From a virus: DNA of 23,637 nt. Shown here piece after piece: positions 1 through 12,637 of this stretch (position 1 is its first letter; each line of letters starts with the position of its first letter). The stretch lies in UHGV virus genome UHGV-1381150. One strand, 5' to 3'. A program made the position numbers and the translations under genes. The notes under the pieces were generated by a model. The model made no database searches. It was not told the origin of the DNA and was given only the letters and a program-made list of their open reading frames with translations.

Positions 1-710
1 CCCGACGTCGGGTCTGTGGTCAGCTTCCCGAAGGCTTCAGCGACCTTGTCCACCTCCACGCCGGATGCAGAGGAGAAACGCGCCACACTCTGGCTGATCG
101 CCTCAAACTGCTCACCACCACGCACACCGGCATTCACCAGCGCCGTCAGTGACTCGCTGGTCTGGTTAAACGTCAGCCCTGCCGCCTGCCCGGCTCTGGA
201 CAGGGCCAGAATACGATCTGCCGTCAGTCCCGCCTGATTGCCGGAAAGGACCAGCGTTTTGTTGAAATCGGACAGGGTTGAGTTGCCCTGATACCAGGCA
301 TACGCCAGCGCACCGGTCGCCACCGCCAGCGAGGTGGCCCCGACCATCGGCAGGGTGATCGCACCGGCAAGCCCCCTGAACATGGGGATCATCCCGCCGA
401 AGGAGTCCTTCACCTGACCACCCTGTTGCAGCAGGATCAGCCACGGACTTTGCCCGCCTGCAAGCTGCGTGGCCACGTCGGTGAACTGTGCAGGCAGCAT
501 ACGCATGGCGGCTTTATACTGCCCGACGGAAATCCCCGCTTTCTGTGCAGCCAGCGCCTGTCGGCTCAGCGACTGTTCAACGACTGCCGCTGTTTTTTTC
601 GCATCAGTTTCCGTACCGGAAAAATGACGCCTGACTCTGGCCATCTGCTCGTCAAATCTGGCCGCATCCAGACTTAAATCAACGACCAGATCGCCTACCG
701 GTTCAGCCAT
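1..710 (-). CDS. H: Tail tape measure protein gpH, N-terminal part; ATG at 710..708, gene runs off the window start
   Basis: Minus-strand translation from 710 reads MAEPVGDLVVDLS..., matching the lambda gpH N-terminus as recalled; absent from the ORF track because no stop lies in the window; correct position after G/T. Confidence 0.88.
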   Translation of the reverse strand, partial: MAEPVGDLVVDLSLDAARFDEQMARVRRHFSGTETDAKKTAAVVEQSLSRQALAAQKAGISVGQYKAAMRMLPAQFTDVATQLAGGQSPWLILLQQGGQVKDSFGGMIPMFRGLAGAITLPMVGATSLAVATGALAYAWYQGNSTLSDFNKTLVLSGNQAGLTADRILALSRAGQAAGLTFNQTSESLTALVNAGVRGGEQFEAISQSVARFSSASGVEVDKVAEAFGKLTTDPTS

Positions 711-1137
711 ACCGGACTCCTCCTGCGATCCCTTCTGATACTGTCATCAGCATTACGTCATCCTCCGTCATGTCCGCCACATCCGGGGAAGTAGGGATAA
801 CTTCATTCCCGTCCGGGCCAAAGCGGACACCTCCGGCAAGCCCTGCCGCTTTCTGCATCAGCACATCATCTTCAGGCTCTTCGTCAGCCTCGCGCCGGTT
901 CAGCAGACTGAAATCCAGCGGATGCATATCCGGATCGCTGAAAAACAGGCTGAGCACGGTGTACGTCAGCCCGGAAAAGTGCATATCCAGCAGAACATCA
1001 TGAAAATAATGGGTACTGTAAAAGCGGTGCCAGTCGGCATACTCCGTGGATGACATCCCGGCAAGCATGGCGCGCCAGTCAGGTCGCCCCATCTCACGCG
1101 CCAGTTTCAGGGCAAAACTCAGCTCACCGTCGAACAC
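703..1137 (-). CDS. T: gpT reading frame, expressed as a G-T fusion by -1 programmed frameshift (tail assembly chaperone)
   Basis: 144-aa ORF matches lambda gpT as recalled; overlaps the 3' end of G in the -1 frame; slippery heptamer at the junction. Confidence 0.85.
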   Translation of the reverse strand: MFDGELSFALKLAREMGRPDWRAMLAGMSSTEYADWHRFYSTHYFHDVLLDMHFSGLTYTVLSLFFSDPDMHPLDFSLLNRREADEEPEDDVLMQKAAGLAGGVRFGPDGNEVIPTSPDVADMTEDDVMLMTVSEGIAGGVRYG

Positions 1138-1541
1138 TTTCCCGCAGAAACAGGCTCTGCAGGCCCGGCGTCCTCTGCCTGTTCAGGGGCATCATTCACA
1201 ACAAACTCAGACATACCGGACAGACGCATTACCACATTTTCAGCCTGAGCAATTGCCTCTGTGGGCCAGGTGGTAAGCACTTCCTGCTCAATTTGTTTAA
1301 CGGCTTCATTCATGGACGGCATCTTTGTCTTCTGCGGATGGTTATGCCACAGGGACATCGCCACCAGAAAAGCACCGGTTCTGACGAGATCTTCCACGCT
1401 CACCTGTCGATTGAGACTGGATCCCGCCTGTTCTGCCTGTCGTTTCAGCAGGGCGAGATGCTCAATTCGCTGCAGGGCTGACAGTTCAGAAAGCGTGACG
1501 CTCATACCGTTATATTCAAATGATTCGGTTTTCAGGAACAT
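1119..1541 (-). CDS. G: Tail assembly chaperone gpG
   Basis: 140-aa ORF MFLKTESFEYNG...AGKCSTVS matches lambda gpG as recalled; synteny V-G-T-H. Confidence 0.9.
   Translation of the reverse strand: MFLKTESFEYNGMSVTLSELSALQRIEHLALLKRQAEQAGSSLNRQVSVEDLVRTGAFLVAMSLWHNHPQKTKMPSMNEAVKQIEQEVLTTWPTEAIAQAENVVMRLSGMSEFVVNDAPEQAEDAGPAEPVSAGKCSTVS
1137..1143 (-). other. Slippery heptamer GGGAAAG (plus strand CTTTCCC) for the G-T -1 frameshift
   Basis: Heptamer read directly in the G/T overlap, just upstream of the G stop (1119-1121). Confidence 0.7.
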
Positions 1542-1556
1542 CGCTGACTCTCCGGA

Positions 1557-2297
1557 TTAACTGTCGGTGACGGTGATTCCTGCAACCACAGCAAGTTCAC
1601 CATTACCGGATACAACCGGAATGTTGACCTTGCCTGCAGCAACACCTTTCACGGTGATGGTCATACCACTGACCGACACGGTGGCTTTTGTTTTATCCGC
1701 AGACACCGCACGGAAGCTCTTGTCGGTTGCGCCTTCCGGCTGGAATGCCACGGTCAGCGTGATGCTCCGCCCTTTCACCACCGAAGTGCTGGCAGGCGTC
1801 ACGGTCATGCCGGTTGCCGCTGTTACCGTGCTGCGATCTTCTGCCATCGACGGACGTCCCACGTTGGTGACTTTCACCGTGCGGGTGATCACTTCCTTCG
1901 CCGTCACCGCCTTACCGATACTGCTGACCCAGCCGCGGAACACATCGACCGTGCCGTTCGGGAAGCGGATTTTATAGGCACGGGTATCCCCTTTATTAAA
2001 CCACGCCAGCAGCGCCTGCTGCCCCTGCTCTCCGGGCATCCACGCCAGCGTGAAGCTGGTATCTCCGGCAGATTTCTGCCCCTGCCCGGTCGCAGTCCAG
2101 TCCGCATTTTCATCATCGAGATAGCTGTCGTCATAGGACTCAGCGGTCAGTTCGCCGGGCGTCAGGTCTTTAACTTTTGCCAGACGCGACCAGTCAACGT
2201 CTGAAAGCGGATTCGCATAAGGGTCACCGCTCCCGTTATAAACCCACAGGGTGGTCCCGGCCCCTTTCACCGGTGCCAGAGGATTTGGTGTTGGCAT
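1557..2297 (-). CDS. V: Major tail tube protein gpV (start at internal Met, [18 protein letters not shown]...)
   Basis: Matches lambda gpV as recalled; the ORF-track N-terminal extension is not used in lambda. Confidence 0.9.
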   Translation of the reverse strand: MPTPNPLAPVKGAGTTLWVYNGSGDPYANPLSDVDWSRLAKVKDLTPGELTAESYDDSYLDDENADWTATGQGQKSAGDTSFTLAWMPGEQGQQALLAWFNKGDTRAYKIRFPNGTVDVFRGWVSSIGKAVTAKEVITRTVKVTNVGRPSMAEDRSTVTAATGMTVTPASTSVVKGRSITLTVAFQPEGATDKSFRAVSADKTKATVSVSGMTITVKGVAAGKVNIPVVSGNGELAVVAGITVTDS

Positions 2298-2304
2298 ATC
2301 GTCC

Positions 2305-2700
2305 TCACATTTCATAGGTAATGACATAAGTCAGATCGGCTGAACTCCACAGGCCCGCATCATCGTCGCGCCGATAGTCATAGCCACTGGCCACCATACT
2401 GGTGATCAAATCTGACAGCGCCGGGATATCGCTCATCACCGGATAAATCCGGGACTCCATCCACGAATCCAGCTCTGAATCCGGCACCTGAGCAGGCAGG
2501 AAAACTTCAATATGCAGCTCCGCCTGCCAGGTATCGCTGTCCAGCTCTTCGCCCGTGTATTCAGCGCCGGTGAGATAAACGGCAATTGCCGGAAAATCTT
2601 CCTCATCAAAAACAGCGGGGCGACCATCAAAAAGCGTCGCCCCGGTGTCATGCTTCTCCAGTGCATCCAGTACGGCTGCACGGAGTTCAGTATGTTTCAT
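2305..2700 (-). CDS. U: Tail terminator protein gpU
   Basis: 131-aa [23 protein letters not shown]... matches lambda gpU as recalled; stop of Z overlaps its start. Confidence 0.92.
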   Translation of the reverse strand: MKHTELRAAVLDALEKHDTGATLFDGRPAVFDEEDFPAIAVYLTGAEYTGEELDSDTWQAELHIEVFLPAQVPDSELDSWMESRIYPVMSDIPALSDLITSMVASGYDYRRDDDAGLWSSADLTYVITYEM

Positions 2701-3275
2701 CGCTTTATTACCATCCTCAGTTGATGCTGCAGCGCATAGCCCAGCTCTTTCGGAAGACGTTCACGCCGTATCCGCTCAATATTTTGTTTAAACGCCGTGG
2801 TCAGCGGCACCGCCATCGGGATTTTCACCACATCAATGGGGTAACGGTTTTTCCCGGCCACACGCTGCATGACATGCCACCGGCCATTTTTCAGTTGCTG
2901 AATAAACGCGCCGGGAATACGACGGTTACCCACCACAAGCACGCTGCCGCCACCTTTCAGGGATGAACGCTGCCCCTTTTTACGACGCCTGCGGCGCGAA
3001 AGGACAACCCGCGCATTACCCAGCCTGATTACGGGCAAATCCCCCCGGTTAACTTTGATTCTGGCCTGCGGATTTTTGACCGTGGCCCTTTTCAGCCTGG
3101 CCCTTTCCTTTACCAGTTTCCGGCGTACCTTTGTCTCACGGGCAACCTGTGACGCCGACTGCGATATCGCGGATGACGCAACGCGGTTAATGGCCATTGC
3201 GGCGGCACCGGGCACCGCCGTTCTGCTGATACGGCTGAGGTTTTCAACGGCCTGCTCAAGACCTTTTATGGCCAT
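2697..3275 (-). CDS. Z: Tail completion protein gpZ
   Basis: 192-aa ORF MAIKGLEQAVENLSRIS... matches lambda gpZ as recalled. Confidence 0.92.
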   Translation of the reverse strand: MAIKGLEQAVENLSRISRTAVPGAAAMAINRVASSAISQSASQVARETKVRRKLVKERARLKRATVKNPQARIKVNRGDLPVIRLGNARVVLSRRRRRKKGQRSSLKGGGSVLVVGNRRIPGAFIQQLKNGRWHVMQRVAGKNRYPIDVVKIPMAVPLTTAFKQNIERIRRERLPKELGYALQHQLRMVIKR

Positions 3276-3286
3276 TCATCCCCCTT

Positions 3287-3640
3287 TCAGCGGCGACGGT
3301 TAACGGCAGGCGGTACGCCCCGCCCAAGCCAGAGATGACAGCTTCCGCCATCATCCGGCGAAATCCGGTCTATCCAGAAGTTTTCCTCACCGATGGTCAG
3401 CGTGTCGCCGCGCCGCAGCTGCCGCACATCATCAGTCCGGACAAACAGGGACGGGCTGGAGCCTTCAACGCGCACGCCCTGTCCGGCATAGCTGATATTT
3501 TCAGGGTCATCAAAAACACCACGTATCACAGCACCGGACTGCTCACCGGATGTCATGGTGGCTGACGTTCCCATGTACCCGCGTATCGTTTCATCGGCGC
3601 AGGCAATGGCAGCATCGAACAGGTTATCGAAATCAGCCAC
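3287..3640 (-). CDS. FII: Head-tail joining protein gpFII
   Basis: 117-aa ORF MADFDNLFDAAIA... matches lambda gpFII as recalled. Confidence 0.92.
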   Translation of the reverse strand: MADFDNLFDAAIACADETIRGYMGTSATMTSGEQSGAVIRGVFDDPENISYAGQGVRVEGSSPSLFVRTDDVRQLRRGDTLTIGEENFWIDRISPDDGGSCHLWLGRGVPPAVNRRR

Positions 3641-3651
3641 AGCGCCTCCCG

Positions 3652-4047
3652 TTATTGCATTCTGGCCAGGCCGCGCTCTGTCATTTCAGCTGCCACACCG
3701 GCAGAGACACGAAACGCCGTTCCCGGCAGCACAAATGCCACAGCCTCATCCCGCGTGGCGTGAAGTGCATCAGTATGCAGCGTCACCAGTGCCACAACCG
3801 TGACCAGATCAGCCGTATCAGTCACGGTATCCGGCTGCGCTGATACAACCTCATTTTCATGCACGGTCAGCACATTTTCCGGGCTGACAGACGTGTCCTG
3901 ACCGGCTGCGTCATCCGTGTCATCAAGCTCCTCTTCCAGCTCTGCCACACGGAGCGCCAGTTCTTCTTTCGTCCCCGTCAGGCTGACATCACGGTTCAGT
4001 TGCTCACCCAGCGAACGGAGACGGGCAATCAGTTCATCTTTCGTCAT
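3652..4047 (-). CDS. FI: DNA packaging/head assembly protein gpFI (start at internal Met MTKDELIARLRSLGEQ)
   Basis: Matches lambda gpFI as recalled, with a more divergent middle; the ORF-track N-terminal extension is unlikely to be translated. Confidence 0.85.
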   Translation of the reverse strand: MTKDELIARLRSLGEQLNRDVSLTGTKEELALRVAELEEELDDTDDAAGQDTSVSPENVLTVHENEVVSAQPDTVTDTADLVTVVALVTLHTDALHATRDEAVAFVLPGTAFRVSAGVAAEMTERGLARMQ

Positions 4048-4088
4048 GGACTCCTCCACAGAGAGAAAATGGCCCCGAAGGGCCATGA

Positions 4089-5114
4089 TTACGCCAGTTG
4101 AACGGACACGAACTCATCAGGATCAGCCAGCAGCATCAGCGGTGCTGACTGAATCATGGTGAACTCTCGCGCCGGATCGCCGGATGTCTTCCAGTTTTTC
4201 GGATAACGGGGAGACGCATTAATACCCTCACTCAATGCATCCGCATCCTGAATACAGCCATAGGTGCGCAGACCGCGTGCATGAGTGTTACCCAGCACCA
4301 TCGTGTTGTCCGGCAGGAAGTTCTTTTTGACGCCGTTTTCCACGTACTGTCCGGAATACACGACGATGGCCACATCGCCATACATTCCCTTATAAGACAC
4401 CGCTTTGCCCAGGTCTTTTACCGCTGTCTCCAGTTCGGAATGAGAGCCGCGACGGGTATCCAGCTTCTCCCTGACGGCTTTGAAGGAACGGAACAGCGCC
4501 CAGCCTTTCGGGTCAAACACGATGATATTCACCACACCGCTGGCGTTCAGCGCGTAGGCTTCGATATCGTCGGTCGGGTCATACGTGGACTTGTCGCGCT
4601 TGCTCCACCCCGTGCTGCCGGACTGCGTGATGTTATTCGCTTCACTGCGACCCATATCCACCTCAACCGGATCGAAGGCTTCACCGGTCATGGTGTATTT
4701 GCCCTTAAGCACGGCAGAAACTGCCTGCATCTCTTCGACCTGAGCAATGGCCAGCTCTTCGTCACGCATGTTCTGCATGATGATGCGACGGCGGCGGTAA
4801 GCCGGGTCCGCCAGATTCTGCGGATCTTCATCCAGCAGGCGACGCAGGGTCATCTGCGGATTCACTTCATGCTTCGGCTTGACATATCCCGGCGTAAATT
4901 CAGAGGTGGAGCCGCCACGGGAACGGATAACCTCACCGGAAACAATCGGCGAAACGTACAGCGCCATGTTTACCAGTCCCGGAATTTGTGAGAGATAGAC
5001 TTTCTCCGTAGTGAAGGGATAGCTCTCACGGAAAAAGAGACGCAGAAACAGCGGATCAAACTTAAATTTCTGCTCATTTGCCGCCAGCAGCTGGGCGGTT
5101 GTGTACATCGACAT
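4089..5114 (-). CDS. E: Major capsid protein gpE (start MSMYTTAQLLAANEQ, 341 aa)
   Basis: Near-identical to lambda gpE as recalled. Confidence 0.93.
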   Translation of the reverse strand: MSMYTTAQLLAANEQKFKFDPLFLRLFFRESYPFTTEKVYLSQIPGLVNMALYVSPIVSGEVIRSRGGSTSEFTPGYVKPKHEVNPQMTLRRLLDEDPQNLADPAYRRRRIIMQNMRDEELAIAQVEEMQAVSAVLKGKYTMTGEAFDPVEVDMGRSEANNITQSGSTGWSKRDKSTYDPTDDIEAYALNASGVVNIIVFDPKGWALFRSFKAVREKLDTRRGSHSELETAVKDLGKAVSYKGMYGDVAIVVYSGQYVENGVKKNFLPDNTMVLGNTHARGLRTYGCIQDADALSEGINASPRYPKNWKTSGDPAREFTMIQSAPLMLLADPDEFVSVQLA

Positions 5115-5169
5115 AAAAAAATCCCGTAAAAAAAGCCGCACAGGCGGCCTTTAGTGATGAAGGGTCAGG

Positions 5170-5502
5170 TTAAACGATGCTGATTGCCGTTCCGGCAAAC
5201 GCGGTCCGTTTTTTCGCCTCGTCGCTGGCAGCCTCCGGCCAGAGCACATCCTCATAACGGAACGTGCCGGACTTGTAGAACGTCAGCGTGGTGCTGGTCT
5301 GGTCAGCAGCAACAGCAAGAATGCCAACGGCAGCACCGTCGGTGGTGCCATCCCACGCAACCAGCTTACGGGTGGAGGTATCCGGCATCAACGGAGTCAT
5401 TGCTGGCGTTTTCTTACTCAATCCGCCGGGCGCGGTTGCGGTATGAGCCGGGTCACTGTTGCCCAGCGGCTGGTAATGGGTAAAGGTTTCTTTGCTCGTC
5501 AT
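5170..5502 (-). CDS. D: Head decoration protein gpD (start [12 protein letters not shown], 110 aa)
   Basis: Near-identical to lambda gpD as recalled. Confidence 0.93.
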   Translation of the reverse strand: MTSKETFTHYQPLGNSDPAHTATAPGGLSKKTPAMTPLMPDTSTRKLVAWDGTTDGAAVGILAVAADQTSTTLTFYKSGTFRYEDVLWPEAASDEAKKRTAFAGTAISIV

Positions 5503-5511
5503 AAACATCCC

Positions 5512-6117
5512 TTACACTGGTGTGTTCAGCAAATCGTTAACGGCATCAGATGCCGGGTTACCTGCAGCCAGCGGTGCCGGTGCCCCCTGCATCAGACGAT
5601 CCAGCGCAGTGTCACTGCGCGCCTGTGCACTCTGTGGTGCTGCGGCCAGAATGCGGCGGGCCGTTTCCACGGTCATACCGGGGGTTTCTGCCAGCACGCG
5701 GGCCTGTTCTTCGCGTCCGTGAGCCTCCTCACAGTTGAGGATCCCCATAATGCGGCTGTTTTCTGCCGCAACCGCAGCGGTGATCTGCGCGTTCACGTCC
5801 GGCTGCGCCGCGCTGGCGTTTTCGCCCTCCGTCGCTGGCACCACGTCAGTAACGTCAGCCTGCGAAGCAGTGGCTGAAACAGTTGTTGATTGAGTCTCTT
5901 TGGTCATTCGCCCTCCTGAGAGACGGGATTTACGTGCATCCAGTGCATCACGCATGACGGTGATCGCATCGGTGCTGTTGACAAGTTCATCAGCCAGTCC
6001 GGCATCAATGGCCTCCTGACCGCTGTACACTGCAGCCTCGGTATCCAGCACAGCCTGCACGGACAGGCCGGTATATGCCGACACCTTCTGCGCAAACATC
6101 CGGCGGGTTGCATCCAT
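5512..6117 (-). CDS. Nu3: Scaffolding protein Nu3, nested in frame in the 3' third of C (starts MDATRRMFAQ)
   Basis: In-frame internal Met at the position homologous to the lambda Nu3 start (C residue 239); inferred by analogy. Confidence 0.6.
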   Translation of the reverse strand: MDATRRMFAQKVSAYTGLSVQAVLDTEAAVYSGQEAIDAGLADELVNSTDAITVMRDALDARKSRLSGGRMTKETQSTTVSATASQADVTDVVPATEGENASAAQPDVNAQITAAVAAENSRIMGILNCEEAHGREEQARVLAETPGMTVETARRILAAAPQSAQARSDTALDRLMQGAPAPLAAGNPASDAVNDLLNTPV

Positions 6118-6811
6118 CCGGGACTGCAGTGTCTCCCGGACATCATCCGGTAGATGGCTGTAGGGGTTGCCATCCACCTTATGGCTGCCGCTGTAAATCA
6201 GCGTGATTTCCACGCCCTGTTTCTCCAGCGCAGCACCGTAATTACTGTGAGCCATCATGACGCCGATGGAGCCTGTCCGGGCGGTCTGCGTGACCAGACG
6301 CCGGGAGGCGGCACTGGCAAGCAGCTGACCTGCGCTGCAGTTCATGTCATTGGCCAGCGCCCATACCGGCTTTATGTCACGCACACGGGCGATGATGTCA
6401 GCGCAGTCAAATGCCCCTGCCACCATCCCGCCTGGCGTATCCATATCGAGCAGAATGCCATCCACCATCGGGTCGCTGGCAGCCTGTTGCAGACGGGCGA
6501 TAATGCCGTTGTAACCGGTCATTCCCGAATACGGCTGCAGCGCCCGCGTCCGGCTGACCAGCGTGCCGGACACCGCCAGCACGGCGATGCCGTTCATGAC
6601 CTGATAACTGCGGGCCTGTCGTGGTCCGTCATCATCACCGGATAACGCCAGCGCCGCGGGTGCCTCTCCGGCAGTCAGGCTGTCGCCGGATACTGCATCC
6701 GTCAGGCGGCTGATCCCAAGCTGGCCTGCAAGCGCACAAAAGAAAACCCGCGCATAGGCGGGTTCAAGCATCAGCGGCTCATTAAAGGCCATGCTGGCAA
6801 TATGCGGGAGA

Positions 6812-6831
<20 letters not shown>
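5512..6831 (-). CDS. C: Head maturation protease/scaffold gpC (GTG start, 439 aa)
   Basis: Matches lambda gpC as recalled from VTAELRNLPHIASMAF; 20-bp overlap with B as in lambda; the ORF-track N-terminal extension is rejected. Confidence 0.88.
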
Positions 6832-10512
<3,681 letters not shown>

Positions 10513-10538
<26 letters not shown>

Positions 10539-11058
10539 TCAGCAACCCCGGTATCAGTTCATCCAGCGCGGCTGCTTTGTTCATGGCTTTGATGATATCC
10601 CGTTTCAGGAAATCAACATGTCGGTTTTCCAGTTCCGGAAAACGCCGCTGCACCGACAGGGGGATCCCGTCGAGAATACTGGCAATTTCACCTGCGATCC
10701 GCGACAGCACGAAAGTACAGAATGCGGTTTCCACCACTTCAGCGGAGTCTCTGGCATTCTTCAGTTCCTGTGCGTCGGCCTGCGCACGCGTAAGTCGATG
10801 GCGTTCGTACTCAATAGTCCCTGGCTGGAGATCTGCCTCGCTGGACTGCCGCAGTTCTTCAACCTCCCGGCGCAGCTTTTCGTTCTCAATTTCAGCATCC
10901 CTTTCGGCATACCATTTTATAACGGCGGCAGAGTCATAAAGCACCTCATTACCCTTGCCACCGCCTCGCAGAACGGGCATTCCCTGTTCCTGCCAGTTCT
11001 GAATGGTACGGATACTCGCACCGAAAATGTCAGCCAGCTGCTTTTTGTTGACTTCCAT
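10513..11058 (-). CDS. Nu1: Terminase small subunit Nu1
   Basis: 181-aa ORF MEVNKKQLADIFGASIRTIQNWQEQGMPVLRGGGKGNEV... matches lambda Nu1 as recalled. Confidence 0.95.
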
Positions 11059-11260
11059 TGTTCATTCCACGGCCAAAAACAGAGAAAGGAAACGACAAAG
11101 GCCCAAAAGTTCGTTTTCAGCACCTGTCGTTTCCTTTCTTTTCAGGGGGTATTTTAAATAAAAACATTAAGTTACGACGAAGAAGAACGGAAACGCCTTA
11201 AACCGGAAAATTTTCATAAATAGCGAAAACCCGCGAGGTCGCCGCCCCGTAACCTGTCGG
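11059..11260 (-). other. cos site: cosB between Nu1 and cosN; cosN 12-nt cohesive-end sequence GGGCGGCGACCT on the minus strand at 11236-11247
   Basis: Reverse complement of 11141-11247 reads GGGGCGGCGACCTCGCGGGTTTTCGCTATTTATGAAAATTTTCCGGTTTAAGGCG..., matching the lambda left end as recalled; sequence is continuous across cosN. Confidence 0.85.
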
Positions 11261-11282
11261 ATCGCCGGAAAGGACCCGCAAA

Positions 11283-11299
11283 ATGATAATAATTATCAT
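11283..11299. promoter_or_regulatory. Perfect 17-bp palindrome ATGATAATAATTATCAT containing the 7-1-7 Fur-box consensus TGATAAT-n-ATTATCA
   Basis: Read directly from the sequence; 15/15 match to the idealised Fur box; lies about 150 bp upstream of the plus-strand ORF at 11447. Confidence 0.5.
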
Positions 11300-11446
11300 C
11301 TGCATGTCACAACGTGCATCTACGCCATCAAACCACGTCAAATAATCAATTATGACGCAGGTATCATATTAATTGATCTGCATCAACTTAACGTAAAAAC
11401 AACTTCAGACAATACAAATCAGCGACACTGAATACGGGACAACCTC

Positions 11447-11680
11447 ATGTCAACGAAGAACAGAACCCGCAGAACAACAACCCGCAACATCCGCTTTCCT
11501 AACCAAATGATTGAACAAATTAACATCGCTCTTGATCAAAAAGGGTCCGGGAATTTCTCAGCCTGGGTCATTGAAGCCTGCCGCCGGAGACTGTGCTCAG
11601 AAAAAAGAGTTTCTCCTGAAGCAAACAAAGAAAAGAGTGACATTACTGAATTGCTCAGAAAACAGATCAGACCAGATTGA
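11447..11680 (+). CDS. Small basic protein (77 aa), possible ribbon-helix-helix DNA-binding fold
   Basis: ORF on the strand opposite to the late genes next to cos (the bor position in lambda); RNIRFPNQMIEQINIAL...FSAWVIEACRRRL resembles a strand-helix-helix pattern; family assignment uncertain. Confidence 0.45.
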   Translation: MSTKNRTRRTTTRNIRFPNQMIEQINIALDQKGSGNFSAWVIEACRRRLCSEKRVSPEANKEKSDITELLRKQIRPD

Positions 11681-11736
11681 AGCAATTTAGATAATCGTGC
11701 AGACTACGCCCCTCATATCACATGGAAGGTACTACA

Positions 11737-12147
11737 ATGGCTCAGGTTGCCATTTTTAAACAAATATTCGATAAAGTGCGAAATAATTTAAACTATCACT
11801 GGTTTTATTCTGAACTAAAACGTCACAATGTCTCACATTACATTTACTATTTAGCCACAGAGAATATTCATCTTGTTCTTGAAAACGATAATACGGTTTT
11901 AATAAAAGGACAGGGTAAGGTTGTAAATGTAAGATTTTCAAAAAATAAATGCCTTATAGAAGCCACATTAAAAGGATTCAAATCAGGAGAGTTATCATTT
12001 TACGAATACAGGAAAAATCTTGCTACAGCAGGGGTTTTCAGATGGATTACAAATATCCACGAAAACAAAAGGTATTACTATACCTTTGATAATTCATTAC
12101 TCTTTACTGAGAACATTCAGAACACTACACAAATATTTCCGCACTAA
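11737..12147 (+). CDS. Hypothetical moron protein (136 aa from [11 protein letters not shown]), possibly DUF1398/YbcV-like
   Basis: GGAAGG Shine-Dalgarno 8 nt upstream of the ATG at 11737; AT-rich codon usage; family call is from memory only. Confidence 0.55.
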   Translation: MAQVAIFKQIFDKVRNNLNYHWFYSELKRHNVSHYIYYLATENIHLVLENDNTVLIKGQGKVVNVRFSKNKCLIEATLKGFKSGELSFYEYRKNLATAGVFRWITNIHENKRYYYTFDNSLLFTENIQNTTQIFPH

Positions 12148-12637
12148 ATCATAACGTCCGGTTTCTTCCGCGCCAGAACCGGACTCGCTGGCATGATGAA
12201 ATATGTGTACCCGGTAACCCCGGTGTGCATCGTTTTTGATTATTCCCGCACACTCGCGCAGAAGGAGTTCCCCGTCGGGCTGCGGTCTCTGTTAATACGG
12301 GAATACGGCGACGATACAGCGCATGATGTGTCAGGCTTGAATACCTTTATCCTTTAAAAGGGATATCAGTTAAGTTATCCCGTGTAGGGTATAAGCCATT
12401 ATCAAAGCCACTCTGTAGGAAGTGCTTTTGTAATGGCAATAAAAAGCCCCGCGAATGCGAGGCTAAATCCTGGTATTTGTAATGACTGGCTCTTATCTCA
12501 ACGCAGCCCCTTACCGCGCGCAAAATGCTCAATATCAAGCATCAGCAATGAGATGTTTAATCTGGATTCACTCCAGAAGTGAGCACCACCCTGTCTACAG
12601 AGCCAGATGTGAAGGATGATGAGTAAAATTATCGCTA

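Noticed and set aside
4281-4991. 236-aa plus-strand ORF inside the major capsid gene E
   Set aside because: Antisense shadow ORF within a strongly supported lambda-like gene; no ribosome-binding site or recognisable motif.
6154-6645. 163-aa plus-strand ORF and other antisense or alternate-frame ORFs inside C, B and A (e.g. 5904-6173, 7979-8419, 8005-8358, 8907-9383)
   Set aside because: All lie within strongly supported lambda head genes on the opposite strand or in another frame; no independent support.
10618-11157. 179-aa plus-strand ORF spanning Nu1 and cosB
   Set aside because: Antisense to Nu1 and runs across the cos region; artefact of an open frame.
11283-11299. The AT-rich palindrome considered as a LexA (SOS) box or an IHF site
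   Set aside because: Does not fit CTGT-N8-ACAG; matches the Fur 7-1-7 consensus much better, so reported as Fur-box-like.
12347-12538. 63-aa minus-strand ORF between the moron genes and Rz
   Set aside because: No Shine-Dalgarno, no recognisable features, in a region that looks noncoding; kept only as part of the noncoding-gap observation.
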